Positions 45,075-55,085 of a stretch of 64,000 bases of DNA are shown one piece after another. Position 1 is the first letter of the stretch. Each line of letters opens with the position of its first letter. The notes beneath the pieces were generated by a model, which had not been told where the DNA came from, did no database searches, and was given only the letters and a program-made list of their open reading frames with translations. Origin of the DNA: a virus (taxonomy: Duplodnaviria > Caudoviricetes); the IMG/VR virus record IMGVR_UViG_3300021400_000331, positions 3,050 through 67,049 of that record, one strand, 5' to 3'. A program made the translations under genes and the position numbers.

Positions 45075-45144
45075 TATTCCAAGTCTTTTTATTTGAATGA
45101 CAAAGCAGATCGTTTATGCTCGTAGCGCGGTCTGCTTTTTTAGA

Positions 45145-45152
45145 TAGTTTTG
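45145..45152 (+). promoter_or_regulatory. Putative -7 box upstream of the lysis cassette
   Basis: TAGTTTTG preceded by TTTATG-N26. Confidence 0.45.
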
Positions 45153-45202
45153 CTATGAAAGTTACATATAACCAAACGGACAATATATTATACGCTATTG
45201 CC

Positions 45203-45772
45203 ATGACATACCTTTATACCGTTCAGCATATTTGGGATAAGCTTGCAGAGATTGCTAAGTATCCTATCTCTTGGATAGCGGGCTTTTTCCTCTTCTTGAT
45301 GAATGCCGTTACCGGCGGAACAATTATCATCTATGTTATTATTCTTGCGAGCTTCATCGATCTTGGATGTGGAATCGCGGTATCACGCAGGCAGGGTACA
45401 TTTACACGTAGCGACCTGATGCGGCAGACGGTTGAGAAGGTTACGGTGTATGGGCTGGCAATGATCATCTTCCTTTCGCTGGACAAGTACATAATGGATC
45501 GGACCGACTTTACTCTGGCTCTTTCTTCCGGACTCGTCGGTGTAGTCATCGTGCTTGTCGAAACGGTTTCTTTCCTCGCTTCGCTTCTTATCCTTTATCC
45601 CAGCAATGCATTCCTGCGCCTTTTGATGAAGGTACTCAAGAGTGAGATTGCCGCGAAGCTCCATGTCGACGAAACGGAGGTTTCTTCCATCCTTGACTCG
45701 ATGGTGAAGAAACAGCATTCCAAGAAACAGCCGAGAAACAACAAAGGACAATTCACAAAGAAGAATGGGTAA
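45203..45772 (+). CDS. Holin
   Basis: Several TM helices, basic C-tail, directly upstream of the endolysin. Confidence 0.8.
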   Translation: MTYLYTVQHIWDKLAEIAKYPISWIAGFFLFLMNAVTGGTIIIYVIILASFIDLGCGIAVSRRQGTFTRSDLMRQTVEKVTVYGLAMIIFLSLDKYIMDRTDFTLALSSGLVGVVIVLVETVSFLASLLILYPSNAFLRLLMKVLKSEIAAKLHVDETEVSSILDSMVKKQHSKKQPRNNKGQFTKKNG

Positions 45773-46370
45773 GTTCAAGATTCTTATCGATCCGGGTCAT
45801 GGGTCTGATACACCCGGTAAACGTTCTCCCGATGGGCGCCTTCGCGAATACGCTTGGGCAAGGGAGATTGCTGGCAGGGTCGTCGATGAGTTGAAGTCAT
45901 ACGGTTACGATGTGGATCTCGTAACGACGGAAGAAAAGGACGTTTCCTTGAAGGAGAGGGTTGATCGCGTCAATCGCTACTGCTCTCTCTATGGACGGGG
46001 GAACGTCGTTCTTGTTTCTATCCATGTCAATGCTGCTGGAGACGGAAGCAAATGGATGAATGCAAGGGGCTGGAGCGCATACACGACTCCCTCCAGAACC
46101 AAGTCCGATGACCTTGCAGATGACCTCTATTGGGCGGCAAGGCAGGTGTTCGGTGCTCCTCTTACCATCCGCGCAGACTATTCCGACGGAGATCCCGACT
46201 GGGAAGCGAACTTTTACATTTTGAAGAATACACAATGTTGCGCCGTTCTAACCGAGAACTTCTTCCAGGACAACAAGGAAGACGTCGAGTATCTTCTCTC
46301 CAAGAAAGGAAAGGAGGATTGTGTCACCGTGCACGTATCTGGTATCGTAGCTTATTTGCAGACAAGATGA
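45765..46370 (+). CDS. N-acetylmuramoyl-L-alanine amidase (Amidase_3) endolysin
   Basis: ILIDPGHG, REY, VSIHVNA, AVLTENFF zinc-ligand motifs. Confidence 0.9.
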   Translation: MGKFKILIDPGHGSDTPGKRSPDGRLREYAWAREIAGRVVDELKSYGYDVDLVTTEEKDVSLKERVDRVNRYCSLYGRGNVVLVSIHVNAAGDGSKWMNARGWSAYTTPSRTKSDDLADDLYWAARQVFGAPLTIRADYSDGDPDWEANFYILKNTQCCAVLTENFFQDNKEDVEYLLSKKGKEDCVTVHVSGIVAYLQTR

Positions 46371-46489
46371 GGTGGATTGTAGAGTTGAACTCCGGCGAGA
46401 AATGGAAGTTCGATGAGTATGCGGAAGCCTATTTCTTTGCCACTATTAACTTCGGATTCATGGGTTATGTGATATATGAAAAAGATTGA
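46367..46489 (+). CDS. Small hypothetical protein (40 aa)
   Basis: ATGA overlap with the amidase stop; overlaps the next gene start. Confidence 0.45.
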   Translation: MRWIVELNSGEKWKFDEYAEAYFFATINFGFMGYVIYEKD

Positions 46490-47069
46490 TTTACTCGTTC
46501 TCGCTGGTGCAATCATCCTCGTCGCCCTCGGTTTCATGGGGGGATATAGGGTCGCACGCGCTGGCTATCCCGAGATAGAAGAGCGTACTGATACGATACG
46601 CATCTGGGATACCGTTAAAGTGGATAATCCCGTTCCTGTTGAGGTTGTTAAGTGGAAAACCGTCCCAGAGTATCTTGCCGTCCACGACACCACGTTCATG
46701 GTTGATTCTATCCTTGTAGATGTCCCGATGGAGAAGAAGGTGTATCAGGAAGACTCCGTGTACTATGCTGTTGTCACGGGATTCCATCCGAGCCTTGATA
46801 CGCTTAAAGTCTATCGTGAGACGGTAACGATTGAGACTACCAAGAAGGTTACGGAATACAAGCCTTACAAGTGGACCATTGGCCCGTTCGTATCCCAGGA
46901 AGTCGGGCTGAATGATTTCTATCTCGCGAAGGCTGGTATTGCTGGCGATTTCCAGATTAAAGGTGGATTCCGTTTCCAGCCGGAGATTGGACATTACTGG
47001 TTCGACATCAACAAGCATGACTGGTACGCAGGCGCAAAATTTAAGTTTGATCTAATCAGAAAGAAATAG
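46476..47069 (+). CDS. Spanin-like lysis protein
   Basis: N-terminal TM, DT-rich stalk, C-terminal amphipathic beta strands; in the lysis cassette. Confidence 0.6.
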   Translation: MKKIDLLVLAGAIILVALGFMGGYRVARAGYPEIEERTDTIRIWDTVKVDNPVPVEVVKWKTVPEYLAVHDTTFMVDSILVDVPMEKKVYQEDSVYYAVVTGFHPSLDTLKVYRETVTIETTKKVTEYKPYKWTIGPFVSQEVGLNDFYLAKAGIAGDFQIKGGFRFQPEIGHYWFDINKHDWYAGAKFKFDLIRKK

Positions 47070-47071
47070 CT

Positions 47072-47215
47072 ATGGAGTATAAGGTAACATTTGTCTTCAA
47101 CGACATGGACGTCTCCAAGTCGGAGATGCGTAAGGAGATTGAATACTTTGAAGAACATCTAGCAGATAAATATGATGCAGACTTGTATCGTGTTTCAATT
47201 GAACCGGTGGATTAA
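47072..47215 (+). CDS. Small hypothetical protein (47 aa)
   Basis: MEYKVTFVFNDMDVSKSEMRKEIEYFEEHL... Confidence 0.5.
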   Translation: MEYKVTFVFNDMDVSKSEMRKEIEYFEEHLADKYDADLYRVSIEPVD

Positions 47216-47256
47216 TGCTTTTCATTTTGTTTTTGTTTTGTGTAATGTTTGACATG

Positions 47257-47289
47257 CCGGAGATGGTCGTGAGGCCCTCTCCGGTTTTT
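47257..47289 (+). terminator. Intrinsic terminator
   Basis: CCGGAGA...TCTCCGG-TTTTT. Confidence 0.65.
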
Positions 47290-47386
47290 CTTATCTCGCC
47301 AATACAATTTCTTTTGAAAATCAATAAATGATTTTGTTTGGGCTAAGCGAATCATTTATGATTGCAAGCTCAGGCATCCCTTTCCA

Positions 47387-47394
47387 TATTTTTG
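47387..47394 (+). promoter_or_regulatory. Putative -7 box for the capsid operon
   Basis: TATTTTTG preceded by TTTATG-N26. Confidence 0.5.
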
Positions 47395-47415
47395 CGTAAA
47401 CAAAACGGAGAAAAT

Positions 47416-48546
47416 ATGGAAGATTACGCATTCGATGTAAGCGGTATTCTCTCGGAAGAGGAAGCCGCAAAGCTCTTTGAAGAAAATGAGACCACTACTC
47501 CTCCCGCACAGGAAGATCCTGTAAAGGAGGAAGCAAATGAAACTGAAACCCAAGCCGAGGAGAAGAACGACTCTCCGGAGAAAGTAGGCGAGGAAGAAGT
47601 TGAAATTGAGGAAAACGCCGTCAGTCAGAGCGACGGTTCTTCTCCATCAGTTTATTCTTCCATAGCCAATGCTTTGAAGAATGACGGCGTCTTTCCCGAT
47701 TTCGAAGATAGCGACATTCAGGCGCTGAAGACTCCGGAAGATTTCGCGGAGCTGTTTGAGAAGGCAGTGACGAATCGTCTGGATGAACGTCAGAAGCGAA
47801 TTGATATGGCGCTTGGAAATGGAGTCGAGCCTGATACCATCAGGATGTACGAACAGACCCTCCAGTATCTTGGTTCTATCAACGAGGAAGCACTTTCCTC
47901 CGAGAAGGAAGAAGGCGAGAACTTACGAAAGCAGCTTATCTACAATGACCTCATCAATAAGGGTTATTCGCAGGAGCGGGCAAACAGAGAAATTGAGAAA
48001 TCCTTCAAGTCTGGTAGCGATATCGACGACGCGAAAGACGCACTCGAGGCTCTGAACAAGTTCTACAAGGATGGTTACGAAAAAGTACAAAACGAAGCAA
48101 AGGCTCGTGTAGAAGCGCAGAAGGAAGCCCGCAAAAAGGATTCCGAAAAGTTCCGCAAGATGATCCTCGAAGACGAGGTGAAGATCGGCGATACTCCGCT
48201 TGATAAACGTACGCGTCAGCAGGTATTTGACGCTGTATCCAAGCCGGTATACAAAGATCCAGATACGGGACAGCTTCTCACCCAGGTCCAGAAGTTCCAG
48301 AAAGAGAATCCACTGGAGTTCTTGAAACAGCTCGGCATGTGGTATGTCTTGACCAACGGCGGCAAAGATGCCAGCGGTCTCGTAAAGAAACAGGCAAGGG
48401 TTGAAAAGAACAAGAACATCCGGGAGCTCGAGCGGAAGATTAATTCTTCTTCGTTCGGCGCAGACGGTTCTCTGAGATACATGTCCGGCACAAGCGGAGA
48501 TTCAGATCCGCTCCTGTCCGATGGATGGAAGGTCGACCTGGGTTAA
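47416..48546 (+). CDS. Acidic capsid assembly (scaffold-like) protein
   Basis: Very acidic N-terminus; SSIANALKNDGVFPD crAss pattern; upstream of MCP. Confidence 0.7.
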   Translation: MEDYAFDVSGILSEEEAAKLFEENETTTPPAQEDPVKEEANETETQAEEKNDSPEKVGEEEVEIEENAVSQSDGSSPSVYSSIANALKNDGVFPDFEDSDIQALKTPEDFAELFEKAVTNRLDERQKRIDMALGNGVEPDTIRMYEQTLQYLGSINEEALSSEKEEGENLRKQLIYNDLINKGYSQERANREIEKSFKSGSDIDDAKDALEALNKFYKDGYEKVQNEAKARVEAQKEARKKDSEKFRKMILEDEVKIGDTPLDKRTRQQVFDAVSKPVYKDPDTGQLLTQVQKFQKENPLEFLKQLGMWYVLTNGGKDASGLVKKQARVEKNKNIRELERKINSSSFGADGSLRYMSGTSGDSDPLLSDGWKVDLG

Positions 48547-48601
48547 TATAAAGTAAGTATTCACCTGAAATACTTTTGTTTAACCAAAACCTAATAGTAT
48601 T

Positions 48602-50134
48602 ATGCCTGGTAGCATCATGAATTCTCAGATGGTTGGCGTAACTGCTTGGCGCGGTACCGTTACGAAGGACAATCACCTTTATAGCCTGTTCCGCACCAAT
48701 CCGCAGATGGCCAGCGATGTCATGACCGTTCTCATGAGCAGCATGCGTCTCCCTACCCTCAATACCTACCTCTCCCGTGAGGTTCCGGTCCGTGAGTATG
48801 AGGATGATTCCGAACTGTTCTGGGACGTTGTTACTTCTTCCCGCCGCAACATTCCGCTGATTGAGGCACGTCGTGCTGATGGTTCCGCCGTCACCTCCGG
48901 TGGTGCGAATGTCGGTGTCGGCTTCGAGCCGTTCTACCTTGTTTTCCCGACCGATTGGTTCGCTCTTGGTGAAGTCCTGTGGGGCAACCTGAACGAAGTC
49001 TATCCGATGATCGTCAAGGAGGAAGGCAAGGTCGAAGGTACCAACACCGTTTACAAGGTCGAACTCTTCGGCGCTAACGGTGCAGCCGGTATTCCCGCAG
49101 ATCGCCTTCTCGCCGGTGAGCGTTTCTCCTGGGGCTATGCTCCTATCGAGGACAACTTCTCCCGCAAGGTTGGTGATGTCCGTTTCTCCAGCCCGGTTAC
49201 GATGCGTGCCGATTGGCAGCGTGTCCGTCTCCAGCACAAGATCGGTGGTCGCGAACTCGGCAAACGCCTCGCCTGCCACATCCCGATCTCCAAGGAGGTC
49301 AACGGCAAGATGCAGCACACCACCGTGGATCGCTGGATCTACAATGTCACCTGGCAGATCGAACAGACCTGGGAAGACTACAAGAACAACGCTCTCGAGC
49401 GCGGTGTCAGCACCCGCATGGAGAACGGCGAGTATTCCAACTTCGGTCTGAGTGGTCTCCCGAACCGTCAGGGTTCCGGTTTCCGCGAGCTGCTTTCCCT
49501 CGGTAACCAGCAGTATTATACCAAGTTCTCCATCGGTATGATTGAGGACGCTCTGTACGGTATCAGCGCTGGCAAGGTTGACTTCAAGAAGCGTAAGTTC
49601 GTTGTCCGCACCGGTGAGCGTGGAGCTATCCTGTTCTCCCGTGAGGCTAAGAAGGAAATGTCCGGTTGGCTCCCGCTGTATGGCGGCACCTCCAATGTCC
49701 CGTACATGAGCAAGGGCCCCGAGACTAACTTCACCAATGGAAATGCTACGACCATCGCCAACCCGCAGGTCACCAAGTGGATCTCCGCCAATGGCCTCGA
49801 AGTTACCCTGATGATCGATTCCAGCAAGGATGACGTCCAGACCAACAAGGTCATGCACCCGCTTGGTGGTACCGCCGAATCCTATCGTTTCGACATTTTC
49901 TATGCCGCCGACGAGGATCAGCCGAATGTGCAGAAGTGCGTTGTCAAGGGTCAGCCCGAGCTTCGTGGCTACCAGTGGGGTCCATTCGCGAATCCGTTCA
50001 CTGGCGAGTTCAACAACAGCTCCGCTTCCTACGACGAAGATTCCGCCGTTGTCCACTACAAGGCCACCCTGGGTATCGTGATGTACGATCCGACCCGCGT
50101 CGTTTCCTTCATCCCGGATATCCTTCAGGCTTAA
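48602..50134 (+). CDS. Major capsid protein
   Basis: 510 aa with strong codon bias; crAss MCP motifs (TKDNHL, FSSPVTMR, NRQGSG, HPLGGTAESYR). Confidence 0.9.
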   Translation: MPGSIMNSQMVGVTAWRGTVTKDNHLYSLFRTNPQMASDVMTVLMSSMRLPTLNTYLSREVPVREYEDDSELFWDVVTSSRRNIPLIEARRADGSAVTSGGANVGVGFEPFYLVFPTDWFALGEVLWGNLNEVYPMIVKEEGKVEGTNTVYKVELFGANGAAGIPADRLLAGERFSWGYAPIEDNFSRKVGDVRFSSPVTMRADWQRVRLQHKIGGRELGKRLACHIPISKEVNGKMQHTTVDRWIYNVTWQIEQTWEDYKNNALERGVSTRMENGEYSNFGLSGLPNRQGSGFRELLSLGNQQYYTKFSIGMIEDALYGISAGKVDFKKRKFVVRTGERGAILFSREAKKEMSGWLPLYGGTSNVPYMSKGPETNFTNGNATTIANPQVTKWISANGLEVTLMIDSSKDDVQTNKVMHPLGGTAESYRFDIFYAADEDQPNVQKCVVKGQPELRGYQWGPFANPFTGEFNNSSASYDEDSAVVHYKATLGIVMYDPTRVVSFIPDILQA

Positions 50135-50161
50135 CATATAACTAAATAGGAGAAGATAATT

Positions 50162-51076
50162 ATGGAAGAACAGACTGCTAAAACAAAGAAAGGAAAAGTA
50201 GAGATGGAAGCCGTTAAGGTTAATCCTCTGAGAAAGGAAAGGATCTATGTCCGCTTCGTTCCAACGAAGTTCTTGGACCTCCCGAAAAATCATCCCGCAT
50301 GGGGTGGTATGATGGACGGTGCAACGGATAAGATCTGCGTCCCTGTACTTCGTTCCACGGGCAAATACAAAAATGTCCTGACGAATGAGGAGAAGGACTT
50401 CCTCGAAGAGATACTTGGCCTTGACTACAATGCCCTCTCTGTTTACAAGACAGATCACAACTATTGGGACAACTACAGTGTTATCCTCAACAAAGAAGGC
50501 ATTCACCTGGACCTGTCCAATCCGGAGGATTATATCAAGTACAAGGTTCTCCTTGCAAACTCTGATATCATTGCTCCGTCAGTGCAGGAAAGGGTTGAGC
50601 GCCCGAAGCAGACCTACCGGTACGAACTTGTCCGTGAGGATGAAGAGTCCAATATGGAAAGCATGAAGATGGATAACATGATGAAGTGCTACCGCGAGTT
50701 CGGTAAGATCGAAAGCGATTTCGACACGATGCGCGTTCTCGTTGAGCTGATGGATGGACGTCCGTATGATATTCATACGAAGACTGAGTTCTTCAAGTCG
50801 AGAATCAATGCGCTCATCCAGCAGAATCCGAGAGAAGCACTTCGCCAGATGACCGATCCGCTTCTTCACGCGAAGGTTCTTATCCGTCGTGGTGTAGAGC
50901 TCGGTAAGGTAAGCACCCGTGGTGATTACTACTATCTGAAATCCGATAGTTCCCCGCTTTGCGATCAGGGAGAAGATCCTACTCTTTCCATCGCTGCAAG
51001 GTATATCAGCCAGCCTTCGCACCAGGATATCAAGTTTATCCTCGAAAGCGAACTGGATAACAATAGGAAGAAGTAA
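50162..51076 (+). CDS. Conserved crAss-like protein downstream of MCP
   Basis: NPLRKERIYVRFVP, LDLSNPEDYIKYKVLLAN. Confidence 0.75.
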   Translation: MEEQTAKTKKGKVEMEAVKVNPLRKERIYVRFVPTKFLDLPKNHPAWGGMMDGATDKICVPVLRSTGKYKNVLTNEEKDFLEEILGLDYNALSVYKTDHNYWDNYSVILNKEGIHLDLSNPEDYIKYKVLLANSDIIAPSVQERVERPKQTYRYELVREDEESNMESMKMDNMMKCYREFGKIESDFDTMRVLVELMDGRPYDIHTKTEFFKSRINALIQQNPREALRQMTDPLLHAKVLIRRGVELGKVSTRGDYYYLKSDSSPLCDQGEDPTLSIAARYISQPSHQDIKFILESELDNNRKK

Positions 51077-51768
51077 TGAAGAACTGTGAGGAATGGTCGC
51101 TTGAATTCGACCTCATGTATCAGAACATAACGAGCAATCAGGCTCCTGGTCTTACTCCGTACGAGAAGAGCGTCTTTCTCACTCGTGCACAGGAAGCAGT
51201 AGTCGTGATGCTCTACAATGGTACGCTCTCCAAATCCTTTGAAGAGACCGAGGAGATTACCGCGTATCTCGCCCCGCTGGTGAAGCAGGTTGAGTGTGCG
51301 AAGAATACAAGCTCCGCCCTTCCTCACGTTGTTTCTTCTTCCGAGATTTACTCTTTGCCGCAGGATCTGCTTTTCCGGACGCTCGAGACTTGCACTGTCA
51401 ACGTTGACAATTGCGGAGATCTTCTTGCCGTCGTTGTCCCCGTGACTCAGGATGAGTTCTGGCGCACGATGCGTAATCCCTTCAAGGGAGCGAACAAGAG
51501 ACGTGTACTTCGTCTTGCCTATTCCAACGCAAGCGCTGATGAGAATTTGACTGAGCAGGGATACTCCGAGCTTGTGAGCGACTATCCGATTTCCTCCTAT
51601 GTCGTAAGATATATCAAGAGACCGGATCCGATCATTCTCACGGACTTGGCGAACGGCTTGAGCATCAATGGTGAGAGCAACGCGACAACCTGCAAGCTTA
51701 ACGAAGCGCTTCATCAGACTATTCTGACGGAAGCCGTGAAAGCGGCAAAGGCAGTCTGGGCTTCATAA
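51076..51768 (+). CDS. Head-tail adaptor/ring protein
   Basis: EFDLMYQNITSNQAPGL..YEKSVFLT.AQ; LHQTIL..AV. Confidence 0.7.
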   Translation: MKNCEEWSLEFDLMYQNITSNQAPGLTPYEKSVFLTRAQEAVVVMLYNGTLSKSFEETEEITAYLAPLVKQVECAKNTSSALPHVVSSSEIYSLPQDLLFRTLETCTVNVDNCGDLLAVVVPVTQDEFWRTMRNPFKGANKRRVLRLAYSNASADENLTEQGYSELVSDYPISSYVVRYIKRPDPIILTDLANGLSINGESNATTCKLNEALHQTILTEAVKAAKAVWAS

Positions 51769-51795
51769 TAACCGAATAATAAACACCAATTAGTT

Positions 51796-52758
51796 ATGGC
51801 AAATTTCAATACCAATCAGGCTCGCCACTTCTATGTGGCCAAGACTGCGGCTGTTATCGACGGTGTTGTTACTCCTGCGATCATCGAAGGCATGTCCGTC
51901 GGCGATCTCAAGGTTGTCAAAGACCTGGAAGGTAACCTCGCATTCCTCTACAAGAACGCCGATGGCATCATCACCCGTTCTGACACTATCGAAGCTGGTA
52001 AGATCCAGTATTATACTAGAAAGACTGCTGCCGAACTTGCCCTTCCGTTGATGGCACATACCATCACCCTGGATACCAACAACTATGCTATTGCTGATCT
52101 GGCTGGAAAGACTGTTGTTGCCACGATTACCGTCCGGGAAATCTTGAGCTACGACGCCGCTGACTCCATCTCCTACGCTGCCGTTGTCAAGGTTACCAAT
52201 GGTATGACTGCTGCTCAGTTCTATGCAGCCCTCAAGACCGCGATTGAGAAGGCCATGCCGAAGCGCGAGTATCCTTACTTCACTGTTACTGGCGGTTCCT
52301 CTAACGTTGTCTTGACGATGGCGCCGCAGAAGTATCGTCGTGGTCTCATGTCCAATGAGTCTGTCGATCTGGTCGTGTCCTTCAATATCCGTGGCACCGA
52401 CGACAATGTCGAATCCTGGGGTAAGGACGATGTCGCAAAGAGCGCATCTGCAACCATTCCGGCTGTTTATGCACTTGCCGATCTTGAGTATTTTAGCCTT
52501 GGCGAGCGCGGCGATATCTATCGTGGCAGCACCTGGCCGAACAACTACGAACCAACTTATATGATCAACCCTGCTGACAATACTTTTGCCAATTATGGTG
52601 TGCTTAGCATCCAGTATTTCTGGCAGGGTAATGCTGAGAACATCCAGAAGTCACCTCGTACCATTCAGGTTGCTGGTCCCGCTGCTGCTCTTACCACCCT
52701 TGAGGGTGCCGTCAAGGAAGCAATGGGCGAATCGGAACAGACCGCTCCGACTTCGTAA
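51796..52758 (+). CDS. Abundant virion structural protein (auxiliary capsid-like)
   Basis: FNTNQARHFYVA, ADLEYFSLGERGD motifs; highly biased codons. Confidence 0.65.
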   Translation: MANFNTNQARHFYVAKTAAVIDGVVTPAIIEGMSVGDLKVVKDLEGNLAFLYKNADGIITRSDTIEAGKIQYYTRKTAAELALPLMAHTITLDTNNYAIADLAGKTVVATITVREILSYDAADSISYAAVVKVTNGMTAAQFYAALKTAIEKAMPKREYPYFTVTGGSSNVVLTMAPQKYRRGLMSNESVDLVVSFNIRGTDDNVESWGKDDVAKSASATIPAVYALADLEYFSLGERGDIYRGSTWPNNYEPTYMINPADNTFANYGVLSIQYFWQGNAENIQKSPRTIQVAGPAAALTTLEGAVKEAMGESEQTAPTS

Positions 52759-52783
52759 GGAAGTCTTTTAGTTCTTTATAAGT

Positions 52784-52820
52784 AAAGAGGTTTGGATTGA
52801 AATCCGAGCCTCTTTTCTTT
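52784..52820 (+). terminator. Intrinsic terminator overlapping a TACTTTTG -7 box (52822-52829)
   Basis: AAAGAGGTTTGGATT-ga-AATCCGAGCCTCTTT-TCTTT. Confidence 0.65.
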
Positions 52821-52845
52821 TTACTTTTGAGCAAACGATTGTATT

Positions 52846-53493
52846 ATGGTTATTTTCAATGACCTCCGTATTTCGGAAGACCGTAAGTATCTTATCGTAG
52901 ACTGTCAGATCGAGGATGTCGACGGCTACGACGGTCTCTATATCGACAGGGTTGATGTGATGCATTATTCCAAGGTGACTGATTTCAGCTGCATTGGATA
53001 TGATGCGGATGCCTATGCATATACCATGTACCAGAAGGATGAAGATGACGACGAGGATACTGCGCGTTCCGTCCGTCTTTCCGTCACGATTGATGAAATC
53101 TTGGAAGACCAGCCCAACTTCGGCGTTAACACATTCGAAAATGGGTTGTTCTATGTCGCTGTAACTTGCGGTGGAACTCCTACAAACGGTCTTACTCTTG
53201 ATGGATACGGTTGCGGCGCAGACAAGATGATGGATGTTGGCGTTATCCTCGATTGGTACGCTGTTTATCAGAACGGTATGGCATATGCCTCCAAGCTTGC
53301 ATTCTCTTGTGGTAACTCCTGCGACGATCCTTCCGGTTACGAGCAGTTCATCCTTCACTGGTATGGACTCCAGCTTGCTATCGCCACTTGTGACTGGATC
53401 CAGGTCGCTAAGTTCTGGCCCAAGTTCCTGCGGATGTTCGCGAATGGCGTCGGCAAGGGAACGATCTCCGGAGGTTGTGGTTGTCGTGGATAA
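52846..53493 (+). CDS. Tail hub/ring-associated protein
   Basis: FNDLRISED...LIVD N-terminus; C-terminal GGCGCRG. Confidence 0.65.
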   Translation: MVIFNDLRISEDRKYLIVDCQIEDVDGYDGLYIDRVDVMHYSKVTDFSCIGYDADAYAYTMYQKDEDDDEDTARSVRLSVTIDEILEDQPNFGVNTFENGLFYVAVTCGGTPTNGLTLDGYGCGADKMMDVGVILDWYAVYQNGMAYASKLAFSCGNSCDDPSGYEQFILHWYGLQLAIATCDWIQVAKFWPKFLRMFANGVGKGTISGGCGCRG

Positions 53494-53505
53494 AACGAGT
53501 GGATT

Positions 53506-53874
53506 ATGCTCCAGGTAATTGCAGAGAAAAAAGCGCTGAATACGCTGAAAAGATATTTCAATACGGTCCAGAAAACTGGATACGTAAAGCATGAGATGCT
53601 GTGCCGGTACATGAAATATCTCTTCCTGATTGATTTGGTGGAATACACGCACGACTTTTTCACGCAGAAGGATTACGATACTGTGGCGGAAGCGCTGGCG
53701 AAGTTGTTCAGCGATGGAGGATGCATGCTTCCTTATCCTGTCCTCTGCGCCAATCGTGCCACTCTTGGTCGTGCCCACTATATGGGTACATTCAAACTTC
53801 GCGTCACAGAAGGCGAGAGACTCGTTGACCGCGATAAGAGGATTACGGAAGACGAACATTTAAGAACGGTGTAG
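53506..53874 (+). CDS. Conserved tail-region protein
   Basis: LKRYFNTVQKTGY pattern; operon context. Confidence 0.65.
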   Translation: MLQVIAEKKALNTLKRYFNTVQKTGYVKHEMLCRYMKYLFLIDLVEYTHDFFTQKDYDTVAEALAKLFSDGGCMLPYPVLCANRATLGRAHYMGTFKLRVTEGERLVDRDKRITEDEHLRTV

Positions 53875-53875
53875 T

Positions 53876-54625
53876 ATGGCAACATTCGGAGAGATAATCT
53901 ATTCTGTATTGGATATTTTGAAAGAGAGGTCTGATGATGCATACTACACTGAGGAGCACATCATCTTCCTTGCTTCCAAGATTCGGGCGTTCCTTCTGGA
54001 GCGTAAATACTCTGCATCCAGGAACAAGGCGTTTGAGTCGGTGTCAGATGAGAACAAGCAGACCATCTGCCTCAATCTCGAACCGACAGAGTTGATTCCC
54101 GACGGATGTGCCGGATTGTGGCTCAAGTCTACCGAGAAGATTCCTTCTATTCTTGGCGATGCCGAGCCGAAGCTCTACACGGTAAGTGATGCAATGCATA
54201 CGATGCTCACGTTTATTCCGATTGAGCGTATGCCTTATGTCGGATACAATAAGTGGCTCAAAAACATCATCTATGCCGCCAAGAGTGCTGATGACTACCT
54301 GTATGTGACGAGCAACAATCCACAGTTCATCTATCTTGAAAATGCAAGGATGGAAGCGGTGTTCTCTGATGTGGAGGAGGCGGCTGAGCTTGCTTGTGAC
54401 AGCGAGGATGGAGCGAAGTGTGATATCCTTCAGCAGACGTTCCCGCTCGAGGCTGCACTCATTCCCTCCTGTATTGAGTTGATTGTCCAGGAACTCTCCG
54501 GTTCCAGATACGCTCCGGAAGATAAGGAAAACAATGCGAAGGATGACTTCTCCGAGGCGGCTGTTACGCAGAGACCTTCCCGTCCGGCGGAGAATGCTTC
54601 ACGCCAGAGACAGGAGGCTGAATAA
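53876..54625 (+). CDS. Tail ring protein
   Basis: TFGEIIYSVLD...DD.YYTEEHIIFL; YVGYNKWLKNIIYA. Confidence 0.7.
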   Translation: MATFGEIIYSVLDILKERSDDAYYTEEHIIFLASKIRAFLLERKYSASRNKAFESVSDENKQTICLNLEPTELIPDGCAGLWLKSTEKIPSILGDAEPKLYTVSDAMHTMLTFIPIERMPYVGYNKWLKNIIYAAKSADDYLYVTSNNPQFIYLENARMEAVFSDVEEAAELACDSEDGAKCDILQQTFPLEAALIPSCIELIVQELSGSRYAPEDKENNAKDDFSEAAVTQRPSRPAENASRQRQEAE

Positions 54626-55083
54626 TGAAACTTGCCTTTTCCGGTGAAGCGAGGTATCCCGATTTCAATGACGGATACGAACTGTACAAGAAAAGGACGC
54701 GGTCCAGGGACTGTATGGACCTAAAGACATACAAGAAAGTTGTAAGGATGTTTTGCAGCGGGATGGAAGACAAGTTACTAACCAACGGGCTGGTTGATTT
54801 TCCAAATAGAATTGGCTTCATCTCCGCTGCCATCTTTACAAGGAAAGCCAAATATCGCGACGGTAAGATGGTCGGTTTTGGCAAGATGGATTGGGAAGCC
54901 GGTCATTACGACGGATCGATGAAGGCGTTTGGTCTGGCTTTCTTCCCGAGAAGGGACATTACCGCGAACATGAGATGTTACGGATTTGTCTGCAACCGGG
55001 AACTTTATAAGAAGATGGCGGAATTATACAACGGCTATGATTGCCCTTGGGTTCCACTCGAGTTTAGCGATGATATGATTTAG
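54625..55083 (+). CDS. HU/IHF-like protein of the tail operon
   Basis: YKKVVRMF...VDFPNRIGFISA...DW pattern. Confidence 0.55.
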   Translation: MKLAFSGEARYPDFNDGYELYKKRTRSRDCMDLKTYKKVVRMFCSGMEDKLLTNGLVDFPNRIGFISAAIFTRKAKYRDGKMVGFGKMDWEAGHYDGSMKAFGLAFFPRRDITANMRCYGFVCNRELYKKMAELYNGYDCPWVPLEFSDDMI

Positions 55084-55085
55084 TT

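Noticed and set aside
42061-50506. Long antisense ORFs (42061-43461, 48440-50506; also 7624-8964, 27233-28186, 28754-29938, 55467-56792)
   Set aside because: They mirror strongly codon-biased sense genes that avoid TTA/CTA/TCA, and show no motifs or suitable leaders; shadow ORFs
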